Source: a virus
Taxonomy: Duplodnaviria > Caudoviricetes
DNA: 64,000 bases
IMG/VR virus record: IMGVR_UViG_3300005937_000004
Location: 14,950 to 78,949 of that record
Reading direction: 5' to 3' (one strand)
Every line of letters starts with the position of its first letter. The stretch's first letter is position 1. The notes beneath the pieces were generated by a model. That model made no database searches. It saw only the letters and a list, made by a program, of their open reading frames with translations, and had not been told where the DNA came from. This document shows, one piece after another, positions 20,233-28,659 of this stretch. Both the position numbers and the translations under genes were made by a program.

Positions 20233-20545
20233 TGCTGGTCTCCATTTCATGGTGATGTTTGGCGTCCAAGATTTCATCACGAAGTCCGTGATATTCTCCA
20301 TACGCTTCCAGAGCCATTTCGAATGACTTATATGAGTCGTAGGCAGCCAGGCCTGCAAAGGCCAGTATAATCATGCCTACCGGCAGAAATACGAACAACA
20401 TGATGAGGCCTAAGAATCCGAATCCGAGTGCTGCTAACAAATTCTTCCAGCCCGCTATGTTGAACTCTTTCCGGTAATATCCTGCTTTCATGGCACATTC
20501 TTGTGCCACTTGTTTTGATCTTAAGATTGCGTTTTCGTTTTTCAT
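20207..20545 (-). CDS. Hypothetical membrane protein (2 TM)
   Basis: Central hydrophobic stretch; ATGA overlap. Confidence 0.6.
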   Translation of the reverse strand: MKNENAILRSKQVAQECAMKAGYYRKEFNIAGWKNLLAALGFGFLGLIMLFVFLPVGMIILAFAGLAAYDSYKSFEMALEAYGEYHGLRDEILDAKHHHEMETSNDYDPGNR

Positions 20546-20724
20546 CTGGTTACACTTATCAACAGTTTTTCCTGCAATTTGGTTGGGAGTCGCTGACGGA
20601 TATGTTCCTTCAGCCACTCTGTGTTTATGAATGCCTTGCTGATGATGCTGACCTCCTCTCTGGTCAACTTTTCAACAGAAGCGAAATCGATATGCCACTG
20701 GTCGATTAAGATTGGATCTTTCAT
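20542..20724 (-). CDS. Hypothetical protein
   Basis: 60 aa, coupled at both ends. Confidence 0.55.
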   Translation of the reverse strand: MKDPILIDQWHIDFASVEKLTREEVSIISKAFINTEWLKEHIRQRLPTKLQEKLLISVTR

Positions 20725-21044
20725 TAATTGTTCTTTCTGTTGTGGATAATTGTTTTGCCACCGCGTTTAGCGATGTAACTCGCATGTGATTGACGACTAT
20801 CGCCAACGCCCATAGCCAACACCATCATATGGTCCGGATCTTTCTTCACACACTCAAAGCACACAATCTCAGCCGGTTTGATTTTATATTGCTCCTGTTG
20901 CTCTTTACCCAAGAGCACAGGGATGCGGCACCTTTCGCAGGTTGCCCTGATGTAAGTGCCATCGGTTTGCACTGCGAATAGACCGATTCTCTCTTGGTCC
21001 TCCTTTTCCGCAGGCGGACAAGCGTACTTGAATTCAATGTTCAT
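20724..21044 (-). CDS. Hypothetical Zn-binding protein (CERC...CFEC)
   Basis: Two CxxC motifs. Confidence 0.6.
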   Translation of the reverse strand: MNIEFKYACPPAEKEDQERIGLFAVQTDGTYIRATCERCRIPVLLGKEQQEQYKIKPAEIVCFECVKKDPDHMMVLAMGVGDSRQSHASYIAKRGGKTIIHNRKNN

Positions 21045-21045
21045 T

Positions 21046-21309
21046 TCAGTTGTTTTGGATTTTCCTTTCTACGTCTTTGGCTGCTTTTATTGTTTCTTCG
21101 CTGGTTGGCGAGAACAAACTTTTAATCAGATGCAAACGCATATACCAGCGGATCAGATCCTCCAGATCCTCTGGTAGATCGCTGTCCCGATTCATGCCTC
21201 CTGGCACTATTGGGTTAGTAGCGCGAGCATAGAGATCGGCTGATTTTACTTGTTCCTCGGTGAATCCCAGCTTTTTGGCTTCATCCATCATTATTTCGCT
21301 CAGATTCAT
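21046..21309 (-). CDS. Hypothetical protein
   Basis: 87 aa. Confidence 0.6.
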   Translation of the reverse strand: MNLSEIMMDEAKKLGFTEEQVKSADLYARATNPIVPGGMNRDSDLPEDLEDLIRWYMRLHLIKSLFSPTSEETIKAAKDVERKIQNN

Positions 21310-21323
21310 TTGGTTAACCTCGT

Positions 21324-21488
21324 TTAGTATTCATCTATCATTTTATCCAGGTCTTTGATGCTCAGACCATGTTTATTTAAAGCTTTCTCTGTTCCACGCA
21401 GGATCGCTTCAAGTTCTTTGGTTCTGAGCCACCAGTACCAGGTTGATCCACAGCTCCCTAAAAGCGCGAAGATCAGGTACATCATCAT
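21324..21488 (-). CDS. Small membrane-anchored protein not in the ORF track
   Basis: MMMYLIFALLGSCGSTWYWW...; ATGA overlap. Confidence 0.5.
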   Translation of the reverse strand: MMMYLIFALLGSCGSTWYWWLRTKELEAILRGTEKALNKHGLSIKDLDKMIDEY

Positions 21489-21724
21489 GTGTCCTCCTGA
21501 CCAGTCACTTTCAGAAACTGCCCTCTAATAGCCATCATGCGTGTGTGCATGTCGCGCACCTGCATTTGGAGACGTTCATGCTGAACAGCAAGCCACTCAT
21601 GATGTTCTTTTGGTAAAACCGCCGCGCATCGCTGGAATGTATTGTTGCAATCTTTGATGGCGTTGTTTTGTAGATCGCAGAGCTCTAAAAGCTCCACGAG
21701 CATTTGGATTTCTTCAGTTGTCAT
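21485..21724 (-). CDS. Hypothetical coiled-coil protein
   Basis: Start reassigned to MTTEEIQ. Confidence 0.55.
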   Translation of the reverse strand: MTTEEIQMLVELLELCDLQNNAIKDCNNTFQRCAAVLPKEHHEWLAVQHERLQMQVRDMHTRMMAIRGQFLKVTGQEDT

Positions 21725-21738
21725 TTTTTGGTTTCTGT

Positions 21739-22305
21739 ATGGTTTGGAAGATTGACCTGGCTTGGATAGCTGAACAGATGGGTTTGCTACCCTGCCGGAC
21801 GTTCTGTGAATGTGCTGTGGGCCCAATGGAAATATCGGTTGCACCGGGATTTAAGAACCTGTGCAAAAAGATGATCCTGATTGAGCCCAATCAGCATCTG
21901 GCTGCGATTGCTGCTGAGACTATGCAGATGCCCGTGACGCATGCTGCGATCGGGTTTGAGTCTGGTGTCGCCACACTGGTGAATAATGGTGGCTCCAGCT
22001 TTCTGCAGGGTACCTGGGCACCTACCATGCCCCCGGATCAAGCACCGGTCGAAACGGTCACCATGATGACCTTTGATAAAATCGATGATGGCAGAATCGA
22101 CATTCTGGCTCTCGATTGCGAGGGCATGGAGTGGGCTGTTTTATCACGGATGCGCAGTAAACCGAAGCTGCTCACGATCGAACTGTGGGATCGCAACCCA
22201 TTCCATCGCGAGATCACTAAATGGCTCACTGATCACCGATATGTTCTGCGTTTTTCTACAGGACCAACTACTGAGACTCAGCTTTATTCTCTTTGGCCTT
22301 ATTAG
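21739..22305 (+). CDS. FkbM-family methyltransferase-like protein
   Basis: LIEPN, AAIG, IDILALDCEGMEWAVL, LTIEL; opposite strand to its neighbours; TTGTCA 15 nt upstream. Confidence 0.75.
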   Translation: MVWKIDLAWIAEQMGLLPCRTFCECAVGPMEISVAPGFKNLCKKMILIEPNQHLAAIAAETMQMPVTHAAIGFESGVATLVNNGGSSFLQGTWAPTMPPDQAPVETVTMMTFDKIDDGRIDILALDCEGMEWAVLSRMRSKPKLLTIELWDRNPFHREITKWLTDHRYVLRFSTGPTTETQLYSLWPY

Positions 22306-22555
22306 GCATTGATGCCCACGCTATCTGCGCCAATGTGACATTGGGATCTTTTAAGAACAGTGCTGCCTCATCTGAGGTAGGTTTGCGCACTGTGAGATCC
22401 TTTTTAAACACCATCAGCTTGCCACATTGTATGCAGAGTGTGATGTCACCTCGCCTTGGTTTCGCTCCTTTTTCGAGGGCTGTTGCGCAATCCAGCTTGT
22501 GTCCGCACCACGGGCACGGACTCACTGGTGTCATGGTGTGATTTATATCGCTCAT
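22268..22555 (-). CDS. Hypothetical Zn-ribbon protein (CPWC...CIQC)
   Basis: Two CxxC motifs. Confidence 0.6.
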   Translation of the reverse strand: MSDINHTMTPVSPCPWCGHKLDCATALEKGAKPRRGDITLCIQCGKLMVFKKDLTVRKPTSDEAALFLKDPNVTLAQIAWASMPNKAKENKAESQ

Positions 22556-22694
22556 GTAACGATGTAATGTGTTTGGCTACGGCATCCAGGTTAGTGAATA
22601 CATGGCAGTTAGCGACGTCGCTATTATCCATCCATCCACAATCATCTGTGACGATGTAGCCGTTTTGTGTTCTCCATATCACGATTGGTTTCAT
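22446..22694 (-). CDS. Hypothetical protein
   Basis: 82 aa; overlaps the next gene. Confidence 0.45.
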   Translation of the reverse strand: MKPIVIWRTQNGYIVTDDCGWMDNSDVANCHVFTNLDAVAKHITSLHERYKSHHDTSESVPVVRTQAGLRNSPRKRSETKAR

Positions 22695-22721
22695 GGTTTA
22701 TTGACAATTCCCTTTATTTAC

Positions 22722-23042
22722 ATGCTTTACTCTGGTTACCGAACTGAATTTGGAATTAAGCTTGTTGTGACCGGGGACGGTCAAAACAAACAGATTAAAA
22801 TCGATCTACGCAAAGAGCCATTCGCATTCAACTTTCAAGGGCTTTATCCAACTGACCTATTTGTGAGATCTGATGATGAATCGGTTCCAACTCCAATGGC
22901 AAGATTAGGAGACATACTTGGCACGGTCGAGCTTGAATACCCCGAAGCGCTACCGTCTTGTGGGGCGGGTACGATGTCGCCTCGATCGCAGATCACCATA
23001 TTTCTGTTCTACTCAGACACCTCAATATCGGGAAGACGGTGA
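22722..23042 (+). CDS. Hypothetical protein
   Basis: MLYSGYRTEF...; TTGACA 15 nt upstream. Confidence 0.6.
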   Translation: MLYSGYRTEFGIKLVVTGDGQNKQIKIDLRKEPFAFNFQGLYPTDLFVRSDDESVPTPMARLGDILGTVELEYPEALPSCGAGTMSPRSQITIFLFYSDTSISGRR

Positions 23043-23336
23043 TTGCATTGGGCCATTGGGTGTAATCTCCCTGAGTTCCACTCTTTGAGTAAGCTTAATC
23101 AGTTTGATTTTTATCCCAGTCTGATCAGAAACCCATTGAGCTATTGGAATCAATTGCTCTAAACGTTTCTCATCAGCTGCCACTAACGGCATGCATCCTA
23201 CTGGACCCATGGGTGCACCCACCAGTCCTTCATTGCCATCCTCAGCATCTACGCTCACAAATGCGTAGATGTCAGTGATTTTCGGCAATGTGTTTTTGGG
23301 CTGCATGAATATCGTTCCTTCCGGGATCATAACCAT
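23022..23336 (-). CDS. Hypothetical protein
   Basis: 104 aa; IYAFVSVD.EDGNEG. Confidence 0.6.
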   Translation of the reverse strand: MVMIPEGTIFMQPKNTLPKITDIYAFVSVDAEDGNEGLVGAPMGPVGCMPLVAADEKRLEQLIPIAQWVSDQTGIKIKLIKLTQRVELREITPNGPMQSPSSRY

Positions 23337-23548
23337 ACCTCCACGATTTGTGGTTCATCATTTGGCATGCGCTCAAGTCGCACCATTCCTCTGGGCAATT
23401 TATCACGCACACTTTGCAGTGTGGGACCGAAGAACGCTTTCATCGTTGGCCTGGTTTCACCAGCTCCAATCAAATGTAGCCTGGCTACGAATCCATCCGG
23501 ATAATCTGTGGGCCGCTCATACACTGTCCACATATGCAGTTCTTTCAT
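23327..23548 (-). CDS. Conserved hypothetical protein (WTVYERPTDYP.GFVAR type)
   Basis: Recurrent phage small-protein motif. Confidence 0.65.
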   Translation of the reverse strand: MKELHMWTVYERPTDYPDGFVARLHLIGAGETRPTMKAFFGPTLQSVRDKLPRGMVRLERMPNDEPQIVEVWL

Positions 23549-23801
23549 GGTCCTCCTTTCTGACCCAGAGACCATCGACTTTGATGAATTCTTCATCCAT
23601 GGAGATATGCAAACAGGCTGCTGCGCCTGCTTTCCATCCATACATGACGATGATCCGGTTTACTCCGCCGATGTTGTGCCTCAAGTATCGATGTGACAGA
23701 GGCGCTTCATCAGCAAATTCATCCAACCATTTGTGAACTTCCTCAAATGGTTCACCCAACGCTTTCACTGTCGCTTCGCAATGGATCTTGAACGACGGCA
23801 T
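23517..23801 (-). CDS. His-rich hypothetical protein (DUF6915-like)
   Basis: IHC, VHKWLD, HRYLRHN, LHI..D pattern. Confidence 0.5.
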   Translation of the reverse strand: MPSFKIHCEATVKALGEPFEEVHKWLDEFADEAPLSHRYLRHNIGGVNRIIVMYGWKAGAAACLHISMDEEFIKVDGLWVRKEDHERTAYVDSV

Positions 23802-23967
23802 CTTTCTCCTCCTTGTGTTGAACGGGTTTGCCGTTTATTAACAGCCTGCTAAAATCAAAACGATTGTCTTCAAGCACAATGGTTTTGCCTACATCCAATG
23901 CAGCCTTAAGGAATGCAATTCGGTTCTTAACTGTGAGTGGTAGTTCAATTGTGATTTTCGCCTTCAT
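23752..23967 (-). CDS. Hypothetical protein
   Basis: 71 aa. Confidence 0.5.
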   Translation of the reverse strand: MKAKITIELPLTVKNRIAFLKAALDVGKTIVLEDNRFDFSRLLINGKPVQHKEEKDAVVQDPLRSDSESVG

Positions 23968-24215
23968 GATATTCTTTCCATCTCCTCGATCTCATCCAGC
24001 GTGAAATCGGGGATATCGATGCGTTCTGCACCGATATTGACCTGCACTATGCGGATCATGGCAGCACAGTTTTTTGCCTCCTGTTCACGCCACACTTTGT
24101 GATCTTGCGTCACATCTAACTTTGCGTAGTCAGCCGCTCTATTGCGACAGATGCGCATTGATAGCTCCATGCCCTCAATGAAGGCACGGCGCATGTCCAG
24201 TGTGTATAGTTTCAT
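23964..24215 (-). CDS. Hypothetical protein
   Basis: 83 aa; ATGA overlap. Confidence 0.6.
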   Translation of the reverse strand: MKLYTLDMRRAFIEGMELSMRICRNRAADYAKLDVTQDHKVWREQEAKNCAAMIRIVQVNIGAERIDIPDFTLDEIEEMERIS

Positions 24216-24341
24216 TTCGGTTTCTTTCCTCCTTTTTGTTTAGCCTGCCGCTCCAACATGCGCGCCACCCTGGCAGACTTTTTCCCCATTGTGCCGTGCC
24301 CTTGCCCATAAGCATGGCGATTGTTCTCTTTTGGTGTTCCT

Positions 24342-24665
24342 TTATTGCTTCCTCTTGGTTTCCTTTTTGGTTTTTGTTTCATGTTTCAGTTGTATGTCTG
24401 GCTTGCGGTTTTCATACGCTGCGATCGCATCATCTAATGTGTCATATCTGCAGCGCTTATAATACTCATCATCGCGATTGGATGGCATCGGTTCGAACTC
24501 CCATTCACCCTCATTATTGAGAGCTAACGGGCCACGCAGCACAGCCCATTTTACGCCTTGATAATATGGGCTAACCCTGCGGTTAAAACTCACTGCATCA
24601 ATGTTGTTAGCGAGGAAATCATCCTCATACTTGTATTGTGTTGGTATCAGTTCCCCTGTTTTCAT
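24342..24665 (-). CDS. Hypothetical protein (LN..GEWE.EP.PS.R..E....CR type)
   Basis: Recurrent phage motif. Confidence 0.65.
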   Translation of the reverse strand: MKTGELIPTQYKYEDDFLANNIDAVSFNRRVSPYYQGVKWAVLRGPLALNNEGEWEFEPMPSNRDDEYYKRCRYDTLDDAIAAYENRKPDIQLKHETKTKKETKRKQ

Positions 24666-24873
24666 CTTTGGTTTTTCCGTTCATGTGCAAGAAAGCTATG
24701 TCCTTCCATTTTACTGCTGTGTTCATGCCCATAGCCCAGCCCCATGCTTGGGCGATAACCAGGATCAATCCCAAGATGTAGACTGGCATCCATATTTTGC
24801 CTGTGACCAAGGCAAAACCGATTAGTATTAAACAGGTCACTGTTTGACCTAATGCTATCAGTGTGTATTTCAT
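24625..24873 (-). CDS. Hypothetical membrane protein
   Basis: Two N-terminal TM helices. Confidence 0.55.
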   Translation of the reverse strand: MKYTLIALGQTVTCLILIGFALVTGKIWMPVYILGLILVIAQAWGWAMGMNTAVKWKDIAFLHMNGKTKDENRGTDTNTIQV

Positions 24874-25187
24874 GTTTGTTGTCCTTTCTGGTTTGGTGTT
24901 AGCTCATCCCAGTCTACAGGCTCAATGTCTTTGATCCCGCATGCTGGGCATTCTCCGTTACAAGCGCATTCCCATATATCTGTCCATTCTACGCCTGGTC
25001 TGACTTTGCAATCGTCATGCCGATATTTGATCAGATATAGCTGATTCATTTTAATTGCTTTAGCTATTGTTGCCCAGTAAGCCAAGCGCTTGCGCAGAAT
25101 AGGCGCGCACACTGTGACTTTCCCGTTCTCTACCACAAAGCCTGCACAAATGCCTTTGTGCGTGACCTGATAAAGCCCATCTCTCAC
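24870..25187 (-). CDS. Hypothetical protein
   Basis: 105 aa; CGGF-like N-terminal half plus CNGECPAC. Confidence 0.55.
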   Translation of the reverse strand: MRDGLYQVTHKGICAGFVVENGKVTVCAPILRKRLAYWATIAKAIKMNQLYLIKYRHDDCKVRPGVEWTDIWECACNGECPACGIKDIEPVDWDELTPNQKGQQT

Positions 25188-25438
25188 AATCGCTCAAACC
25201 CACGATCATGGTCACCCAAATCAGGCCGAAACTGAAAGCCTGCTGTAGCGATTTGAGTCGCTTCATCTGTTTTGCCTTCACGCGCTAATCGCTCCACATG
25301 TTTGAGTTGTTCTTCTTCCAAGTAGCTGACAGTGATCAGCCCCAATGGCTCAGCCCAAGGCAATTCCCAGCATCGGATCTCAAATGGGTCTTGTTTCTTT
25401 ATCCGTTCTATGTTCTCTGGACCAAGGATGATGAGCAT
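25184..25438 (-). CDS. Hypothetical protein
   Basis: MLIILGPEN..RIK..DPF. Confidence 0.55.
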   Translation of the reverse strand: MLIILGPENIERIKKQDPFEIRCWELPWAEPLGLITVSYLEEEQLKHVERLAREGKTDEATQIATAGFQFRPDLGDHDRGFERL

Positions 25439-25487
25439 ATCCCTGCGCCCTTGATTGTTATTCCTGCTTAATATCAGTGGCATAAGT

Positions 25488-25811
25488 TTAATGAGTGTGT
25501 GGGACGTCAGCTGCGCATTGCTCACAAATGACTGTGAGATGTTCTCCTGCTTGAGGAGGCAGATCTCCGATTCTTATGTAATTAGCCGCTCTCAAATCAT
25601 CGGGATTGATCAATCGATCTTTGCCCCATTGTCTGATCTCAGCTATTGCGTCGGGATCTGATGTATCCATTTGATACAGCGCAGTTTCGCCTCCAGGGAA
25701 TAATCCCATGTTCTTCACTTTGCTAAGTGCTGACTCTTCATCCCTGGCATCAGTTATGATGACGCCAACGTTCTTGTGATTTTTTACAAACGACATCCAA
25801 TAAGTGTTCAT
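25488..25811 (-). CDS. Hypothetical protein
   Basis: 107 aa; ATGA overlap. Confidence 0.6.
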   Translation of the reverse strand: MNTYWMSFVKNHKNVGVIITDARDEESALSKVKNMGLFPGGETALYQMDTSDPDAIAEIRQWGKDRLINPDDLRAANYIRIGDLPPQAGEHLTVICEQCAADVPHTH

Positions 25812-26017
25812 GGTCTTGTTTTGATATAAAGAACTCCCACGTCTCTATTGTATCGCTGCACAATGGCGCACTCATGATGCACCTGTATTGCTTCAGCAAT
25901 ATTGTCTGCAGTATCAGTGCCATCAATTGTGACTAGCACTGTTGGTTTATCGTCGCGCATACCGCACACTGGGCACGCTGGCCCTGCTGGATTGAAATGG
26001 TCGAATACCCTGCTCAT
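25808..26017 (-). CDS. Hypothetical protein (CPVC...HHEC)
   Basis: 69 aa. Confidence 0.6.
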   Translation of the reverse strand: MSRVFDHFNPAGPACPVCGMRDDKPTVLVTIDGTDTADNIAEAIQVHHECAIVQRYNRDVGVLYIKTRP

Positions 26018-26241
26018 TGCTTTAGATTTTCCTCAATAAGCGATTCCAAGTATTGCCTGATAGAGGCGATGTGCCAAAGGCGCTTACCACGCTTTGTGCC
26101 TTTCTGCTGCAGTGTCACACTCTTAATCAGTCGATCCCAATGTAATTGATACAATAGTGAACGCTTGATACCGAAGCGCTGATATATCCCATCTGAATCA
26201 GCATACTCTGCTATGTCGTATTGGTTTGGTTTTGGTTTCAT
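26014..26241 (-). CDS. Excisionase-like winged-helix DNA-binding protein
   Basis: RFGIKRSLLYQL....IKSVTL...G.KRGKRL....SIRQYL. Confidence 0.7.
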   Translation of the reverse strand: MKPKPNQYDIAEYADSDGIYQRFGIKRSLLYQLHWDRLIKSVTLQQKGTKRGKRLWHIASIRQYLESLIEENLKQ

Positions 26242-26360
26242 ATGACCCTCTTTTTCATGGTGGTGGTTAAAGAAATCTATTAATGGAAATGATGTTTTAG
26301 GTCAGGACCGTTAGGTTGCTTGAAAAACTTGTGGAAGCTCTTCAAAGTTTAGGCTTTACG

Positions 26361-26496
26361 GGGCGGGGGAGGGACTCGAACCCTCAATCTCTACGATCCT
26401 TGATAGTCTGCCTTATTACTTCGGCAGCTGCCCTCATTTAAAGGGCTAGAATCAAGTATCAGGACCGCCGCGTTAACCTATTCCGCCATCCCCGCC
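26361..26496 (-). tRNA. tRNA-like element with a roughly 60-nt insertion in the anticodon loop; identity unassigned
   Basis: Acceptor GGCGGGG/CCCCGCC; D arm GGCGGAATAGGTTAACGC; T arm GAGGG-TTCGAGT-CCCTC; anticodon stem CGGTC/GATCG closing an insert with two hairpins. Confidence 0.65.
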
Positions 26497-26516
26497 AGAT
26501 TAGCCTCAGGCGAATG

Positions 26517-26777
26517 CTACTGAGGCACTGAATTTTGTGTCAAGACTTTTTCAAAGCCGTAATCATCGATCTTCTCGGCATGCAAACCATGGAGCGCGAT
26601 GAAATGACGTTGAACCCGGTATTCGCCTTTCCCGGCGACCTTCACTGTGACGAATTGTTCGCCAGCCAGCTCAATCATCCGATCGACCTGTTGTTTGATC
26701 GATTGCTTGGAATAATGCAGTGGTCGACCGCATTGGCAGTATCCCAGCGGAGTTTCACTTTCCTTGGTCACTTTCAT
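26517..26777 (-). CDS. Hypothetical protein (YCQCG..LHY..YRVQRHFIALHGL type)
   Basis: Start reassigned to MKVTKE. Confidence 0.6.
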   Translation of the reverse strand: MKVTKESETPLGYCQCGRPLHYSKQSIKQQVDRMIELAGEQFVTVKVAGKGEYRVQRHFIALHGLHAEKIDDYGFEKVLTQNSVPQ

Positions 26778-27642
26778 CGATGACCTCGAAACTGAATTCT
26801 TTCGCGTAATCTTTGGCATCCGCTGCAGTGCTGAAATTGGATACCTGAACGTTGCCAAAGATCGGCACCCAACGCGATCCGCTCCATGCCAGGCTCAAAT
26901 CATCCGCTTTGAGCACTGCCCACCGGTTAAACTGCAGATACGGTCTGACTTTGACCTTCTGTTTTACTGGGACCTGTCCAAGACCACCTGGATATTCGTG
27001 TTCGCCTCGTTTCCGTGGCTTTTGAATTTCCCGTTTTTTGGAAACGATCCTGGTCAATATACCGAACGCTTCACCTGCCCCACCGAATGTTGGCGCGTTG
27101 GGTATCAAACCCATGATCGCATCCAGATCCCGGCCAGCACTGTCGACTTCCAATTGCAGATCGTTGGCTCGCTTCTCTTGGTCTCCAGCTTCCAGTAGCA
27201 GCCGTTTATTCTCTTCCTCGGAGAGCTCGAATTTTAACGTCAGAATTGCAAGTGATCCTTGGGCTTTAATCTTTTCCCTGGTCTCCTGCAACCGAACACT
27301 TTCCGCTGTTGTCATTGCCTGCTCCATCTTCCACATGTCGCAGTTATCCGTGTGACCGTATGGGATTTCGCCATCACAAAGTTTGCAACATCCTATGTCG
27401 TCCAACCACTTTCCATCACGCTTACTCAACTCCAGTGGGTGGGTTGGTCTAAGAAAGACGGTCTTGGTCAGTTTGGACGTCGGCTCGATGACGTTGCAGA
27501 TCAGATCGCCTTCCTGTTTCGGGGTCTCTTCGTCACTGATGACCTGAATGATCTTATAGGCAAGACCATAGATATTGCGCTCTTTGGCGCGTTTGCGCTC
27601 TTCACTTGGAAGAATGCTTGTTTGCGATGTTTCTTCTTTCAT
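26755..27642 (-). CDS. Hypothetical coiled-coil protein
   Basis: 295 aa; CCKLC...GH...C motif plus coiled coil. Confidence 0.6.
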   Translation of the reverse strand: MKEETSQTSILPSEERKRAKERNIYGLAYKIIQVISDEETPKQEGDLICNVIEPTSKLTKTVFLRPTHPLELSKRDGKWLDDIGCCKLCDGEIPYGHTDNCDMWKMEQAMTTAESVRLQETREKIKAQGSLAILTLKFELSEEENKRLLLEAGDQEKRANDLQLEVDSAGRDLDAIMGLIPNAPTFGGAGEAFGILTRIVSKKREIQKPRKRGEHEYPGGLGQVPVKQKVKVRPYLQFNRWAVLKADDLSLAWSGSRWVPIFGNVQVSNFSTAADAKDYAKEFSFEVIDESDQGK

Positions 27643-27696
27643 TTTTTTCCTTTGGTGGGGCGATCAGGAATAGCCCGATCGCCCCTGGATTGAGTT

Positions 27697-28545
27697 TTAT
27701 TGTTTCTGCATCATTTCGGCTTTCATAATGTCGAATGCCGAAACTTCGACTCCGTTCACTATGCAACCGTTGTCGTCACAGCAACCCATGTTGTAACAAG
27801 TGAACCACAGGAAGTGTATCTGGCAGCGATACCCATCGGGACAACAGATTGGTCGTGTCCAATACCATCCGCATTCAGACCCGCCGTAATACCACACAGG
27901 AGCGCAATAATGTGTTCCTGGCGCACACTCGATTGGCGTAGGAGATGGCGGCAATGGTGTTGGCGTGGGTGATGGCGTTGGCGTAGGGGTAGGGTACGGT
28001 GTAGGCCGTGGCACCGGCGTCGGTGATGCCGAGCAAGCTGGATGCGTAATGCGGTCGCGTGTTCTTACCGTATATTGTTGCCCAAGGCAGAACGTCGCAC
28101 CCGCCCAGACTGCTTGCCAATCCGGACCAATGTGCGGGATGCCGTCGGCAGCCGCTATCCAATAGGTGTCAGTTGGGAATGTATGTGGCAGACCGTCGCA
28201 CACGACGTTATCGAAGCGACGAACAATGTGCACCGTGTCGGTAAGACAGCCGGTGAGGTTCGTCGGAACACTCATGCAACCACCAGTTTTCGGAGTGTGC
28301 CCCGGTGGACATGAGTAAACTACTGTACCAATCCCGTAGCCTTTGACCGTCAATTGTATGTCTGTATAGACGGTTGTGACAAGTGGGTTTGGCACTTCTG
28401 GTTCCATGTTCTGATATTCAGTGTGCATTACCACTGTGTCCGAATCCGTCCCGTTTGGTTGGGGGTTTACCTGCGCCACTAGCGCAGCCATTACTGCGGT
28501 TAATACTGCCGCTAATATCAGCAGTAAGCTTATTGTTCTTTTCAT
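27697..28545 (-). CDS. Secreted Cys-rich protein with Pro/Thr linker
   Basis: Signal peptide, (PT)n stretch, two Cys-rich halves. Confidence 0.75.
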   Translation of the reverse strand: MKRTISLLLILAAVLTAVMAALVAQVNPQPNGTDSDTVVMHTEYQNMEPEVPNPLVTTVYTDIQLTVKGYGIGTVVYSCPPGHTPKTGGCMSVPTNLTGCLTDTVHIVRRFDNVVCDGLPHTFPTDTYWIAAADGIPHIGPDWQAVWAGATFCLGQQYTVRTRDRITHPACSASPTPVPRPTPYPTPTPTPSPTPTPLPPSPTPIECAPGTHYCAPVWYYGGSECGWYWTRPICCPDGYRCQIHFLWFTCYNMGCCDDNGCIVNGVEVSAFDIMKAEMMQKQ

Positions 28546-28576
28546 GTTTCCTTTCTGTTTATTTTTTGTGTTGACT

Positions 28577-28650
28577 GGGCAGGGGAAGGAATCGAACCTT
28601 CAAAGAGAATCCCGCAAAGACTCTTGCCTTAGCCATTCAGCCACCCTGCC
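28577..28650 (-). tRNA. tRNA-like element with an atypical anticodon arm (Gln/Ala ambiguous)
   Basis: Acceptor GGCAGGG/CCCTGCC; T arm GAAGG-TTCGATT-CCTTC; stem AGAGT/ATTCT around 9 nt CTTTGCGGG. Confidence 0.65.
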
Positions 28651-28659
28651 AGGTTAAGG

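Noticed and set aside
26395-26460. Group I or II intron in the tRNA-like element
   Set aside because: About 60 nt is far too short and no catalytic core motifs are visible
27950-28030. GGCGT(T/A/G) short tandem DNA repeat as another array unit
   Set aside because: Period 6, explained by the coding (Pro-Thr)n linker
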